Below, one piece after another: positions 34,670-42,853 of a stretch of 64,000 bases of DNA. Made by a program: the position numbers and the translations under genes. The stretch covers positions 17,962 to 81,961 of the IMG/VR virus record IMGVR_UViG_3300047470_000295; one strand, given 5' to 3'. Source of the stretch: a virus. The stretch's first letter is position 1; every line of letters begins with the position of its first letter. The notes below the pieces were generated by a model. That model did not search any database. It saw nothing but the letters and a program-made list of their open reading frames with translations, and was not told the DNA's origin.

Positions 34670-34987
34670 CTACAGCGTCGCCAGGTCAGAGACCCGGTAC
34701 GGCGCGGGCAGTGGAGGCATCGGCACACCCAGCGCGTTACCCAGCAGGGCGCGGGCCACACAGTCCCGCTCCAGGGCCGGCTGGCCAGGTCGCATCGCCA
34801 GCAGCAGCCGGCCAGCCTCCTGGTGCGCGTACCCGGTGAAGCCGCGTTCCGTGATCGACGACTCCACCAGCTCCACGTCCAGGTCGGCCAGCAGCTGGGG
34901 GAGCGGGGTGTCGAGCAGGTCGGCTGTCGTGACGGACGCCGCACGCTTTGGGACGGGACGCTCGGGGGTGCAGGTTGCTACAGTCAT
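34670..34987 (-). CDS. hypothetical protein (105 aa)
   Basis: ATG at 34987 follows GTGAGGA. Confidence 0.5.
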   Translation of the reverse strand: MTVATCTPERPVPKRAASVTTADLLDTPLPQLLADLDVELVESSITERGFTGYAHQEAGRLLLAMRPGQPALERDCVARALLGNALGVPMPPLPAPYRVSDLATL

Positions 34988-35268
34988 GGACGTAGTCCTC
35001 ACTTTGACGAGGCGGATTACAGACTGGCGAGTGGCAACTCGCTGGTTGAACTGGCCCGGTGTTAGCGCACCGGGCCGTTCGCGTTTCTGGTCACAGCCTG
35101 CCGCATGACTCAACGGCGGCATCTTCATCGAGCAACGCATCCAGGGATGCGCTGGGGTGGGGTTGACCTGCGTAAAGGCCGAGGTCAATGCGCGCGCGCA
35201 AGTAAGTCGATCGAGTGAACACGTGAATTGACGCCTCTGTGTAGGCCCTACGAACGGCTGAAACTCGA

Positions 35269-35694
35269 TCAGTGCGGCAGCGCGTCGTCGAGGTACTCCT
35301 GCACCGGTCCGAAAAGCCCGTAGGGCACGTAGTCGGCGATCTCCGCGTGCGTGATCCAGGCGACCGCGTCGAGCTCCTCGTCGTCTGCGACTCGGGCCTC
35401 GCCGCCGACCAGGCGGACCGCGACGTAGTGCATCGGCACCTTCGACTTCGGGTGCACCCGGTCGCCGAGCACCTTCACCGACTCGACCTTCAGGCCGGTC
35501 TCCTCGTCGACCTCGCGGACCGCGGCCTGCTCCGGTGACTCGCCGGCCTCGATCGCGCCGCCCGGGAACACCCAGGAGATCTCACCCTCGGCGGCCCTGC
35601 GGCGCGCCATGAGCACCTTGCCCTGGTCGACGATGATCGCGACCGACACCGGCGGCTTCTCGATCTTCTGCTCGGCAGTCGTCTCGGTCGTCAT
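35269..35694 (-). CDS. Nudix hydrolase (141 aa)
   Basis: Perfect Nudix box GAIEAGESPEQAAVREVDEETGL. ATGA coupling to the upstream gene. Confidence 0.85.
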   Translation of the reverse strand: MTTETTAEQKIEKPPVSVAIIVDQGKVLMARRRAAEGEISWVFPGGAIEAGESPEQAAVREVDEETGLKVESVKVLGDRVHPKSKVPMHYVAVRLVGGEARVADDEELDAVAWITHAEIADYVPYGLFGPVQEYLDDALPH

Positions 35695-36389
35695 ACGGTG
35701 GCCTCCAAGGCTTCCAGGATCGGCGGATAGATGCGGTCGCGGGGGATGTAGCGGGACAGCTCCTCTATCGGAGCCCAAGCCACGTCGGCGTTCTCGGAAG
35801 CGTCCCCGTTCACCGCTTCGCCTCGCACGTAGTCGCAGATGAAGTAGTCGCAGTAAGCGCGCGTAACCGGATGAAGCCGTTCACCCAAGTGCTCGCGGAC
35901 CATGCAGTGCACGCCCGTCTCGTCCAGGGTTTCCCTGACAGCGACCTTCGGAGCGGACCCGCCCGGCTTCACGATCCCCGCCGGGAACTGCCACGTCATG
36001 TCGTCGCCGTCCTGCCTGCACACGAGGAGGACATCACCGTCGCGGCGCACGACCGCAATGGCCACCCGCAGCGCCTGCGCCTGCATCTGCTGAGCGTGGG
36101 CGCGCACGTAGTGGATGAACAGCCTGCGCACCGCATCACCTGCCTTTCCGTTGTAGGCCGCGTTGAGAATCCGGCGCGTTTCCAACTTCGGGACCATGTC
36201 GGGCGCCTGATGCCAGGCGGCGACCGTCCGGACCGACACTCCGAGGCGCGCAGCGAACTCTTCCTGCGTGTCCTCGAAGGCGTCCTGGAGCCAGCAAGCG
36301 TGCCGGCCGGTCCACTGGGTGACGTCCACTATCGGCTCCCTGGCCGCTTCCGTGGGGGTGGTTGCGGCGAACCTGCAGAGTGCCTGCAC
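35691..36389 (-). CDS. XRE-HTH / Nudix-fold fusion protein (232 aa, start uncertain)
   Basis: N-terminal QEEFAARLGVSVRTVAAWHQ HTH. C-terminal Nudix fold with a degenerate box GIVKPGGSAPKVAVRETLDETGV. Confidence 0.8.
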   Translation of the reverse strand: MQALCRFAATTPTEAAREPIVDVTQWTGRHACWLQDAFEDTQEEFAARLGVSVRTVAAWHQAPDMVPKLETRRILNAAYNGKAGDAVRRLFIHYVRAHAQQMQAQALRVAIAVVRRDGDVLLVCRQDGDDMTWQFPAGIVKPGGSAPKVAVRETLDETGVHCMVREHLGERLHPVTRAYCDYFICDYVRGEAVNGDASENADVAWAPIEELSRYIPRDRIYPPILEALEATV

Positions 36390-36476
36390 GCCCGCTGCAT
36401 GATCACTGCATGCTGCTGCAGAGGGACTTCATGGCCTGAGGTCGCGCGTGCGCGTTGACTCGACCACATGGATAAG

Positions 36477-36731
36477 TCACTCGCCTTTGCCGAACTGGAA
36501 AGCGCGCTGGTACGAGACGCCTCCCATGATTTCCCCGATCTCTTTCCACGTCTTCTTCTCGTCCTTCAGCCCCAGGGCGATCTCCTGGCGCTGCCGCCGA
36601 CGGAAGAGCTCCAGTTCCTCGTCGAGGTGCTTGGCCAGTTCGATGAAGGCGGCCCATCGCTCGGTGAGGTTCTCGACCGCGCGCAGGTGTTCGTCGAAGG
36701 GTGCGAAAGGAGCGTCGTGGGAGTCGGCCAT
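36477..36731 (-). CDS. small HTH-like regulator (84 aa)
   Basis: First gene of the leftward island. C-terminal KTWKEIGEIMGGVSYQRAFQF. Confidence 0.5.
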   Translation of the reverse strand: MADSHDAPFAPFDEHLRAVENLTERWAAFIELAKHLDEELELFRRRQRQEIALGLKDEKKTWKEIGEIMGGVSYQRAFQFGKGE

Positions 36732-36761
36732 GACGTGAGAGTACGGGCGATCCGACGCTCA

Positions 36762-36854
36762 CTCAAGATGCGTCTTGAGAAGTTCAGTTGGGAGCTTGAC
36801 TCGCCTCGACTGGCCCTCTACGGTCGTACCAAGTCCTCAAGGCGCCACCTTGAG
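36762..36854. promoter_or_regulatory. two copies of a CTCAAG/CTTGAG inverted repeat in a divergent spacer
   Basis: CTCAAGA-tgcg-TCTTGAG at 36762-36779 and CTCAAGG-cgcca-CCTTGAG at 36836-36854. Confidence 0.45.
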
Positions 36855-36988
36855 AACGGCATCGCCGTCCACTCTCACCGGACCTGGTCCGCGGACGGCA
36901 GCGCCCCACAAATGAAGACGGGCCGGACACCGCGACTCTCACCTCGCAGGCCGGCCCTCACCACGAGGAATCTCTGAAGGGTCCCCTC

Positions 36989-37435
36989 ATGGCTACGCAG
37001 ATCGTACAGAACCGTGCGGGCGCAGCGCGCCCCACCTCCCCGCTTCCCATGGCGGCGGCGCAGGCGATGCACCGCATCGAGTACGCCCTGGCCGCCCCGC
37101 AGCGCGAGCTGGCCGCCAAGGTCGGCGCCGCGCTCGGCTTCCGGGGCGGATGTCAGCCCCGCGAGGACCTCGGCGAGACGGCGACCCGCCACATCGTCTG
37201 GTCGCAGGTCGAGCTGAACGACGTCTTCGAGCGGGTCGGCGGCACCGTCACCGCCCGCCGGGTGGAGCGTCGCACCTCCGACAGCTCGTCCACCTGGACA
37301 GCCACCGAGCTCACCCTCACCGTGAACCTGCCGGACATCGGCGCCGTCCAGGTCGCCACCGACCTGGAAGAGGAGTCGGAGGTCTACCCCACGGACCTGC
37401 CCGTCGTCCGTGCCGCCCGCGCGGTGACGGCATGA
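36989..37435 (+). CDS. hypothetical protein (148 aa), first gene of the transfer block
   Basis: ATG ORF with ordinary composition. Confidence 0.5.
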   Translation: MATQIVQNRAGAARPTSPLPMAAAQAMHRIEYALAAPQRELAAKVGAALGFRGGCQPREDLGETATRHIVWSQVELNDVFERVGGTVTARRVERRTSDSSSTWTATELTLTVNLPDIGAVQVATDLEEESEVYPTDLPVVRAARAVTA

Positions 37436-37662
37436 GCGCCCCGGCCGAGGTCGACACCGCCTCCGTCATCGCCGAGCACCGCCGCGTCGAGCGGGTCGTG
37501 TCCGGCATGAAGGTCGGCGACACGGCGGTCATCAACGGGTCCGCGGTTACGGCGGTCAGCCTGACCGAAGCCCTGGTCCTCTCCCGGGCGGAGGCGATGT
37601 CGGCGGCCGACCGCCTGGCGCACGACTTCGCCTCCTATGTCCGGCCGAAGGCGGGTGCGTGA
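37432..37662 (+). CDS. hypothetical protein (76 aa)
   Basis: ATGA coupling. Confidence 0.45.
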   Translation: MSAPAEVDTASVIAEHRRVERVVSGMKVGDTAVINGSAVTAVSLTEALVLSRAEAMSAADRLAHDFASYVRPKAGA

Positions 37663-38006
37663 TGGCCTCCTCCGTGTCGAACGTGACGAAGCTGCGTTGG
37701 CAGCGGGATGCGCATCGTGCCCTCGGGCCCTTGCTGCAGGTGAACGGTCTCCCGGTCGTCACGTGGACAATCGCCATCTCGGGCGCTCTGGTCGGTGACG
37801 TCGATTCGTTGACGTCGACACCGTCCGAGATGCGGGAAGCGTTCGCCGCCTGGGTCCGACAGTTGGACGCCAAGGCTGCTCCGGAGCGTGTCGACGGCAG
37901 TGGCGGCACCCACCTGTACGCCTCGTTCAAGGTCGCCGACGGGCCTGACGTCGGCGGGGCGATCCGCGCCACGATCTACCCGCCGTTCGAAGAGGACGGT
38001 GCGTGA
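37659..38006 (+). CDS. hypothetical protein (115 aa)
   Basis: GTGATG junction. Confidence 0.5.
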   Translation: MMASSVSNVTKLRWQRDAHRALGPLLQVNGLPVVTWTIAISGALVGDVDSLTSTPSEMREAFAAWVRQLDAKAAPERVDGSGGTHLYASFKVADGPDVGGAIRATIYPPFEEDGA

Positions 38007-38164
38007 TGGCCGCCGAGACCCTGGACAGCTTCCCCGCCGGCGGCCCCCGCGGCTCTTGGCCCGCCGAGCAGAAGGCGGCCGAGCTCCGCAAGGCCGGCCA
38101 GGAGGTCGAGGTCGTCATGGACCTGGACTCCGACCGCTTCCTCGTCGTGGCAGGCCGACGGTGA
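38006..38164 (+). CDS. small ORF (52 aa)
   Basis: TGATG junction. Below the ORF-track cutoff. Confidence 0.3.
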   Translation: MAAETLDSFPAGGPRGSWPAEQKAAELRKAGQEVEVVMDLDSDRFLVVAGRR

Positions 38165-38349
38165 ACCCCGCCGACTACGAGCGGATGATGCGCCGCCTCC
38201 ACGAGGTCAACGAGCGCAGCAAGAACCCCACCCGCTAACCCCCCGAACGGCCGCGTCGGCGGAGAAATCCATCCCCCGGCACCCGTCAGCGCGGCTCACC
38301 ACCCCGCACCACCCTTCCTCTTCCATTGATCCACGTGAAAGGCACCCCC

Positions 38350-38589
38350 ATGTCTGTTCTGACCCTCGTCCCGGCCGCCAACGACCCGTTCGACGGCGCT
38401 GAGGCCGACCTGCGAGCCCGCTACGTGGCCGCCTACCTCGCCGACAACCGGTCCGGTGACGTGATCGCCCGCGACTGGACGCTCTACGAGATCGAGATGT
38501 ACGACGCGGCGAACCCCGGCCAGCCGCCGCTCATGGACGAGATCGACAGCCTCGACTACCCGGCCGCCGACTACCCGGAAGCCGCCTGA
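38350..38589 (+). CDS. acidic hypothetical protein (79 aa)
   Basis: ATG follows GAAAGG. Confidence 0.45.
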   Translation: MSVLTLVPAANDPFDGAEADLRARYVAAYLADNRSGDVIARDWTLYEIEMYDAANPGQPPLMDEIDSLDYPAADYPEAA

Positions 38590-38783
38590 TGTTCCGCCGT
38601 CGCCCGGCCGTCGAGGTTCTCGACGAGCACTTCCACTGCCCGAGCTGCGGGCCGCTCGTCTTCGGTCAGACCCGAGCGATCTGCGGGGAGATCATCACGC
38701 CGCCCATCGTCGGCGACGGCCCCACCCGCAAGTGCCCGCCCTGTAAGGCATCCGTCCGAACACACAAGAAGGAGACCCACTGA
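38589..38783 (+). CDS. zinc-ribbon protein (64 aa)
   Basis: TGATG junction. CPSCG...CPPC. Confidence 0.45.
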   Translation: MFRRRPAVEVLDEHFHCPSCGPLVFGQTRAICGEIITPPIVGDGPTRKCPPCKASVRTHKKETH

Positions 38784-38971
38784 TGGGCGTCTTCCGCCGC
38801 ACCGCCGAGCCGACCGGCTACCGCCCCACCGAAGCCGAGGTCGCCAACGCCGCCGCCCAGCTGAACGCCGGCAGCCAGCATGCCGCCTACGACCTGGCCG
38901 CTCACTCAGGTGACCGGCAGCAGGAGACCGCGTTGCGAATCCTCGGCCACAGCATCCAGGACCCCGAGTAG
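38783..38971 (+). CDS. hypothetical protein (62 aa)
   Basis: TGATG junction, follows AAGGAGAC. Confidence 0.45.
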   Translation: MGVFRRTAEPTGYRPTEAEVANAAAQLNAGSQHAAYDLAAHSGDRQQETALRILGHSIQDPE

Positions 38972-39062
38972 CTGACCGGCTGCCCTCGGCCCGCGACGCC
39001 GCGCGCGGGCCATGGAGAACTGGCGCAGTGAACCCCCACCCCATCTGACCTGTGAGGTCGTC

Positions 39063-39269
39063 ATGTTCCGGATCATCGCCTGGGCGTTGCTCGCCCTGTA
39101 CCTGCTGATCGTCGGCCTGTGGCCGGCCGCCGCCGCCCCGGTCGGGCTCGCGTTCGCCGGCCTCGGCGTTCTCCTGGCCGCGATCCCGCTGCCCGCGGTC
39201 ATCGCCATCGGCGCCGTCATCGCCTGGGAGCTGCGGCACCGCTCCAACTCCAAGCCCGCCACCGCCTGA
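39063..39269 (+). CDS. two-TM membrane protein (68 aa)
   Basis: ATG follows GTGAGG. The ORF opens at 39012. Confidence 0.5.
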   Translation: MFRIIAWALLALYLLIVGLWPAAAAPVGLAFAGLGVLLAAIPLPAVIAIGAVIAWELRHRSNSKPATA

Positions 39270-39298
39270 CCACCCGCTGATCGCTGAAGGGAGCGGTT

Positions 39299-40558
39299 GT
39301 GACTGCCATGTCCGTCGAGAAGAAGGTCAACGGCACTCCGATGGCCTCGCCCGAGCCGCGGTTCGACCCGCGCGCGCTGGCCGAGGCGGAGGCGATCCGT
39401 ACCCGAGCCGCCGCCGAAGCCGAAGCCGCCCGAATCAAAGCCGCCGGTGAAGCCGAGGCCGAGAAGATCAAGGCCGCTGAGGAGGCTCGCAAGCAGAAGA
39501 TCCTCAACGACAAGGCCGAGTCGCGGGCCCGCGAGGAAGAGGCGGCGCGGGCGGCCCGCATCGCGGAGTCGAACAGCAAGCGCCAAGAGGCCGAACGCGC
39601 CCAGGAGAAGCAGGACCGGGAGGCGCTACAGGCGCAGGAGGACGAGGCGAAGCTCGCCGAAGAGATCGCCGCCGCCGACGAGAAGTGGCGGGCCTACGCG
39701 ATCCGCTTCGCGATCGTCTGCGGCATCGTCTCCCTGCCCGTCCAGATGAGCTTCTTCTGGAACCCGAAGGCGCCCTGGATGGCCGCCGCCCCGATCATGC
39801 TCGAAGGCGCCGCGTGGGTCGTCCACCGCGGGGCCCGTGCGGCGGCTGTCAGTAAGCGGCCCGTCTGGCACTACCGGACGATCGTCTGGCTCCTCGCCCT
39901 GATCGCCGCCGGCGTGAACCTCTACCACGGCCTCCACTCGTTCGACCCGGGCACGGCCATCGCGACCGCGTTCGCATCGATCGCCGGCCCAGGCGTCTGG
40001 GACCTCCACGAGCACGGCCGGCTCCGCAAGCGCGACGGGGCGCTCACCCGCAAGGAGCGCCGGGCGGCCGAGCGCGCCGCCAAGGCCGAGGCCCAACGGC
40101 TGGCCGCCGAGCAGCAGAAGAAGGCGGCCGACGAGGGGGCCGCACGCAAGGCGGCCGAGGCCGCGGCGGCGAAGCTCGCCGCGGACCGCGAGGTGATGTT
40201 CCCGAAGGTGTGGCAGCACGCCGTGAAGCTCGCCGCCGACCTTGGCCAGACGACTGTCACCAACGCGATCTGGGCCCAGGCCAAGTTCGACGTCGAAGGC
40301 GCCAAGCCGGGCGAATCCGCCGACGTCATCCGCATGCGCAACGCCGCCGAAGCGAGGGTCGCCGCAGCCCGCGAGAAGCGCCCCGTAAACGGATCATCAC
40401 AGCAGGTCGCATCGCAAGTGCTCGGTCCCAAGCAGAAGCGCGTCTACAACCCGCCCGCACGCCCCGGAAAGCGCCGCAAGGGCGACGTGAAGTTCACGTC
40501 CGCTGCACGCCGCCAGGCGTCCATTGCCGCCAAGCAGACCGCCGGAAAGAAGGACTGA
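39299..40558 (+). CDS. DUF2637/Spd-like membrane protein with Ala/Glu/Lys coiled-coil arms
   Basis: Central multi-TM core (AIRFAIVCGIVSLPVQMSFFWNP...PIMLEGAAWVVH...) flanked by AEAEA-rich helices. Sits directly upstream of the TraB-like gene. Confidence 0.65.
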   Translation: MTAMSVEKKVNGTPMASPEPRFDPRALAEAEAIRTRAAAEAEAARIKAAGEAEAEKIKAAEEARKQKILNDKAESRAREEEAARAARIAESNSKRQEAERAQEKQDREALQAQEDEAKLAEEIAAADEKWRAYAIRFAIVCGIVSLPVQMSFFWNPKAPWMAAAPIMLEGAAWVVHRGARAAAVSKRPVWHYRTIVWLLALIAAGVNLYHGLHSFDPGTAIATAFASIAGPGVWDLHEHGRLRKRDGALTRKERRAAERAAKAEAQRLAAEQQKKAADEGAARKAAEAAAAKLAADREVMFPKVWQHAVKLAADLGQTTVTNAIWAQAKFDVEGAKPGESADVIRMRNAAEARVAAAREKRPVNGSSQQVASQVLGPKQKRVYNPPARPGKRRKGDVKFTSAARRQASIAAKQTAGKKD

Positions 40559-40560
40559 GG

Positions 40561-42666
40561 ATGGCCACCCCGCTGACCGACGAGCGTGCCCCGCTGACCC
40601 TCGTCAAGGACACCCCCGAGACGGTCGACCCGGCCGCGGCGTGGGTCGTGGAGAAGCGGCCCCGCCCCGCCTGGATGATGTCCGGGCAGCAGCTGCGGCA
40701 GTGGGCTGTCTACGCCCGCGACAACGCGCTCGACTTCGCCACCCACCACGCCACCCACTCGCCCTACTACCTCGGCTGGTCGGTGCGCGGCTACCGCCGG
40801 CTCTGCCTCCGCTGGTGGCAGGCCCGGCACGACGACTACCGGCAGCAGATCGCCACCGCCAAGCTCATGCTCCGCCAGGCCAAGGAGATGCCGCGAGGCA
40901 CCGCGCGTGCCGCCGAAGAGTCGAAGGCCCGCGCCCTGCTCGAAGTTCGGCGCACCGAGTTCAAGGCGCACAAGCGGCGCCACTGGATCCGCACCGGCAT
41001 CAGCGGACTGCTCGTCGTCGGTGGCGCGTCCGCCGTCGCAGCCCTCGGCAGCTGGTGGATGCAGCTCCTCCTCGTCCTCGCCGTCGTGTTCGCCGGCGCC
41101 TACCACGGCCGACCCGAAGAGCGGGCTGTCGCCGCTGCGCAGGCGCCGACCCGGACGTCGCACCTGGGGGAGGAGACCATGCGGCGCGTCCTCGTCGAGG
41201 CCGGCGTCGTCCCCGAGAAGCGGGCCGCCGAGATCCGCGGCGTCGGCCTGCCCCACACGGAGGGCCCTGGCATCGCCTTCGCCGTCGACCTGCCGTCCGG
41301 CATGCCGGCCACGATCGCGCTCGCCAAGAAGAAGGAGATCGCCTCAGCTCTCGCCGTCCACAGCGACTGGCTCGACCTCGGCGTGGGCCGCGGCGCAGGC
41401 AGCAGCGAATCCCGGCTGGAGATCTGGGTCTCCCGGGAAGACCCCTTCGCCAGCGCCCACGTCTCCCCGCTCATCGGACACAAGGGCAAGCTCGACCTGT
41501 GGAACGACGGCGCCCCGCTCGCCTTCGGGAAGCGCGGGAACACCGTCCTTGTCCGCGTGCGCGACACGATGATGCTCGTCGGCGGCGCCACCCGCCGCGG
41601 AAAAGGCGTCTTCCTCGCCAACCTCAACCTCGGCGCATGCAAGGACGTGCGGGTCAACCTGCGGCTCTTCGACGGCAAGGCCTCCGGTGAGCACAACGCC
41701 TTCTCTGGGCTGCTCTCCACGTTCGTCAAGAAGAACCCCGAGCGGCTCACCCTGTTCCTGCGGGCCGTCCTTGAAGACCTCGACCGGCGCAGCGACTTCC
41801 TCGACGAGCGCGGCAAGGCCAAGCTGACCGAAGACCTGATCGAGGAGATCGGCGGCATCGAGCTCATCGACATCGACGAGTTGGCCACCTACACGGCCAA
41901 GGGCACCAGCCCCTACGTCGACGAGATCGTCGAGAGCCTCGCCCAGATCGGTGCCGTCGGTGCCGGTCTCGGGGTCCTCCTTGTCGCAGCAACGCAGGTC
42001 CCGGAAGTCGACGTCGTCCGCGGCCGGCTCCGCCAGAACCTGATCTCCCGCGCCGCCATGAACACCGAGTCGCCCAACGCCTCCAACACGATCCTCGGCG
42101 ACGGCATGGCCGGTCAGGGCTACGACGCGTCGGTGATCCCGCTCGATCAGCCCGGTCGGTTCTGGTTCAAGTCGCCCGACCTCGGCACGGTGTCGCTTCG
42201 CTCGTTCTTCATCGACGACGACGACAAGGCGCCGATCATCGCCGATGCCTACGAACTCCGGAAGGCCGCGGGCCGGCTTCCCGGACAGTGGCACGACCCG
42301 ATCGAGGAGAAGCTCGCCGCCTGGACCGGCGTCTCCTCGGCCGCCGGCGGGGAGCGCGGCAACGGCCGGATCGTCCGCGTCACCCTGCTGGAGCGGCTGG
42401 AGATCCTTGCCAAGCAGACAGGCCGCGGCAACGTCACGAACGCCGAGGTGTTCGCCGCACTCGCCACCACCGATCCGGCCAAGTACGGACAGCAGGACGG
42501 CGAAACGGGCCACGGCTGGTCGATCCGCGTCGGCAAGATCCTGAAGGACGAACTCGACCGCCTCGGCGTCGACATCGAGGCAAAGAAGGTCGCCGGCCCG
42601 GACGGGCAACGGACGTCGGGCTACCTGCTCGCAGACGTCACTGCCGCCCGAAATGTCCGCAACTGA
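40561..42666 (+). CDS. FtsK/SpoIIIE-family DNA translocase, TraB-like
   Basis: 701 aa. Two N-terminal TM helices, Walker A-like GGATRRGKG, Walker B-like ELIDIDELA, and a C-terminal helical (wHTH-like) tail. Confidence 0.85.
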   Translation: MATPLTDERAPLTLVKDTPETVDPAAAWVVEKRPRPAWMMSGQQLRQWAVYARDNALDFATHHATHSPYYLGWSVRGYRRLCLRWWQARHDDYRQQIATAKLMLRQAKEMPRGTARAAEESKARALLEVRRTEFKAHKRRHWIRTGISGLLVVGGASAVAALGSWWMQLLLVLAVVFAGAYHGRPEERAVAAAQAPTRTSHLGEETMRRVLVEAGVVPEKRAAEIRGVGLPHTEGPGIAFAVDLPSGMPATIALAKKKEIASALAVHSDWLDLGVGRGAGSSESRLEIWVSREDPFASAHVSPLIGHKGKLDLWNDGAPLAFGKRGNTVLVRVRDTMMLVGGATRRGKGVFLANLNLGACKDVRVNLRLFDGKASGEHNAFSGLLSTFVKKNPERLTLFLRAVLEDLDRRSDFLDERGKAKLTEDLIEEIGGIELIDIDELATYTAKGTSPYVDEIVESLAQIGAVGAGLGVLLVAATQVPEVDVVRGRLRQNLISRAAMNTESPNASNTILGDGMAGQGYDASVIPLDQPGRFWFKSPDLGTVSLRSFFIDDDDKAPIIADAYELRKAAGRLPGQWHDPIEEKLAAWTGVSSAAGGERGNGRIVRVTLLERLEILAKQTGRGNVTNAEVFAALATTDPAKYGQQDGETGHGWSIRVGKILKDELDRLGVDIEAKKVAGPDGQRTSGYLLADVTAARNVRN

Positions 42667-42826
42667 CATCGGACAGGCACCGGACCGGGGGCGAAAGAAC
42701 CGCAGGTCGCGCACCTGACAGGCATCGGACGCCCACAGATAGTTCGCGAGCAGTGGGCCCCCACTGTCCGATGCCCGTCCGGTTCCCCACCTGCAGGTTT
42801 CCATCCACTGCCCGCTTCTTGTCCGG
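42667..42826. repeat. short-repeat cluster downstream of the translocase gene (clt-like)
   Basis: CATCGGAC at 42667 and 42723 (direct) and 42766-42773 (inverted). CCGGAC/GTCCGG at 42680, 42777 and 42821. Confidence 0.4.
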
Positions 42827-42853
42827 TCGAAATGCGAGAAAGGTCCCGGCCCG

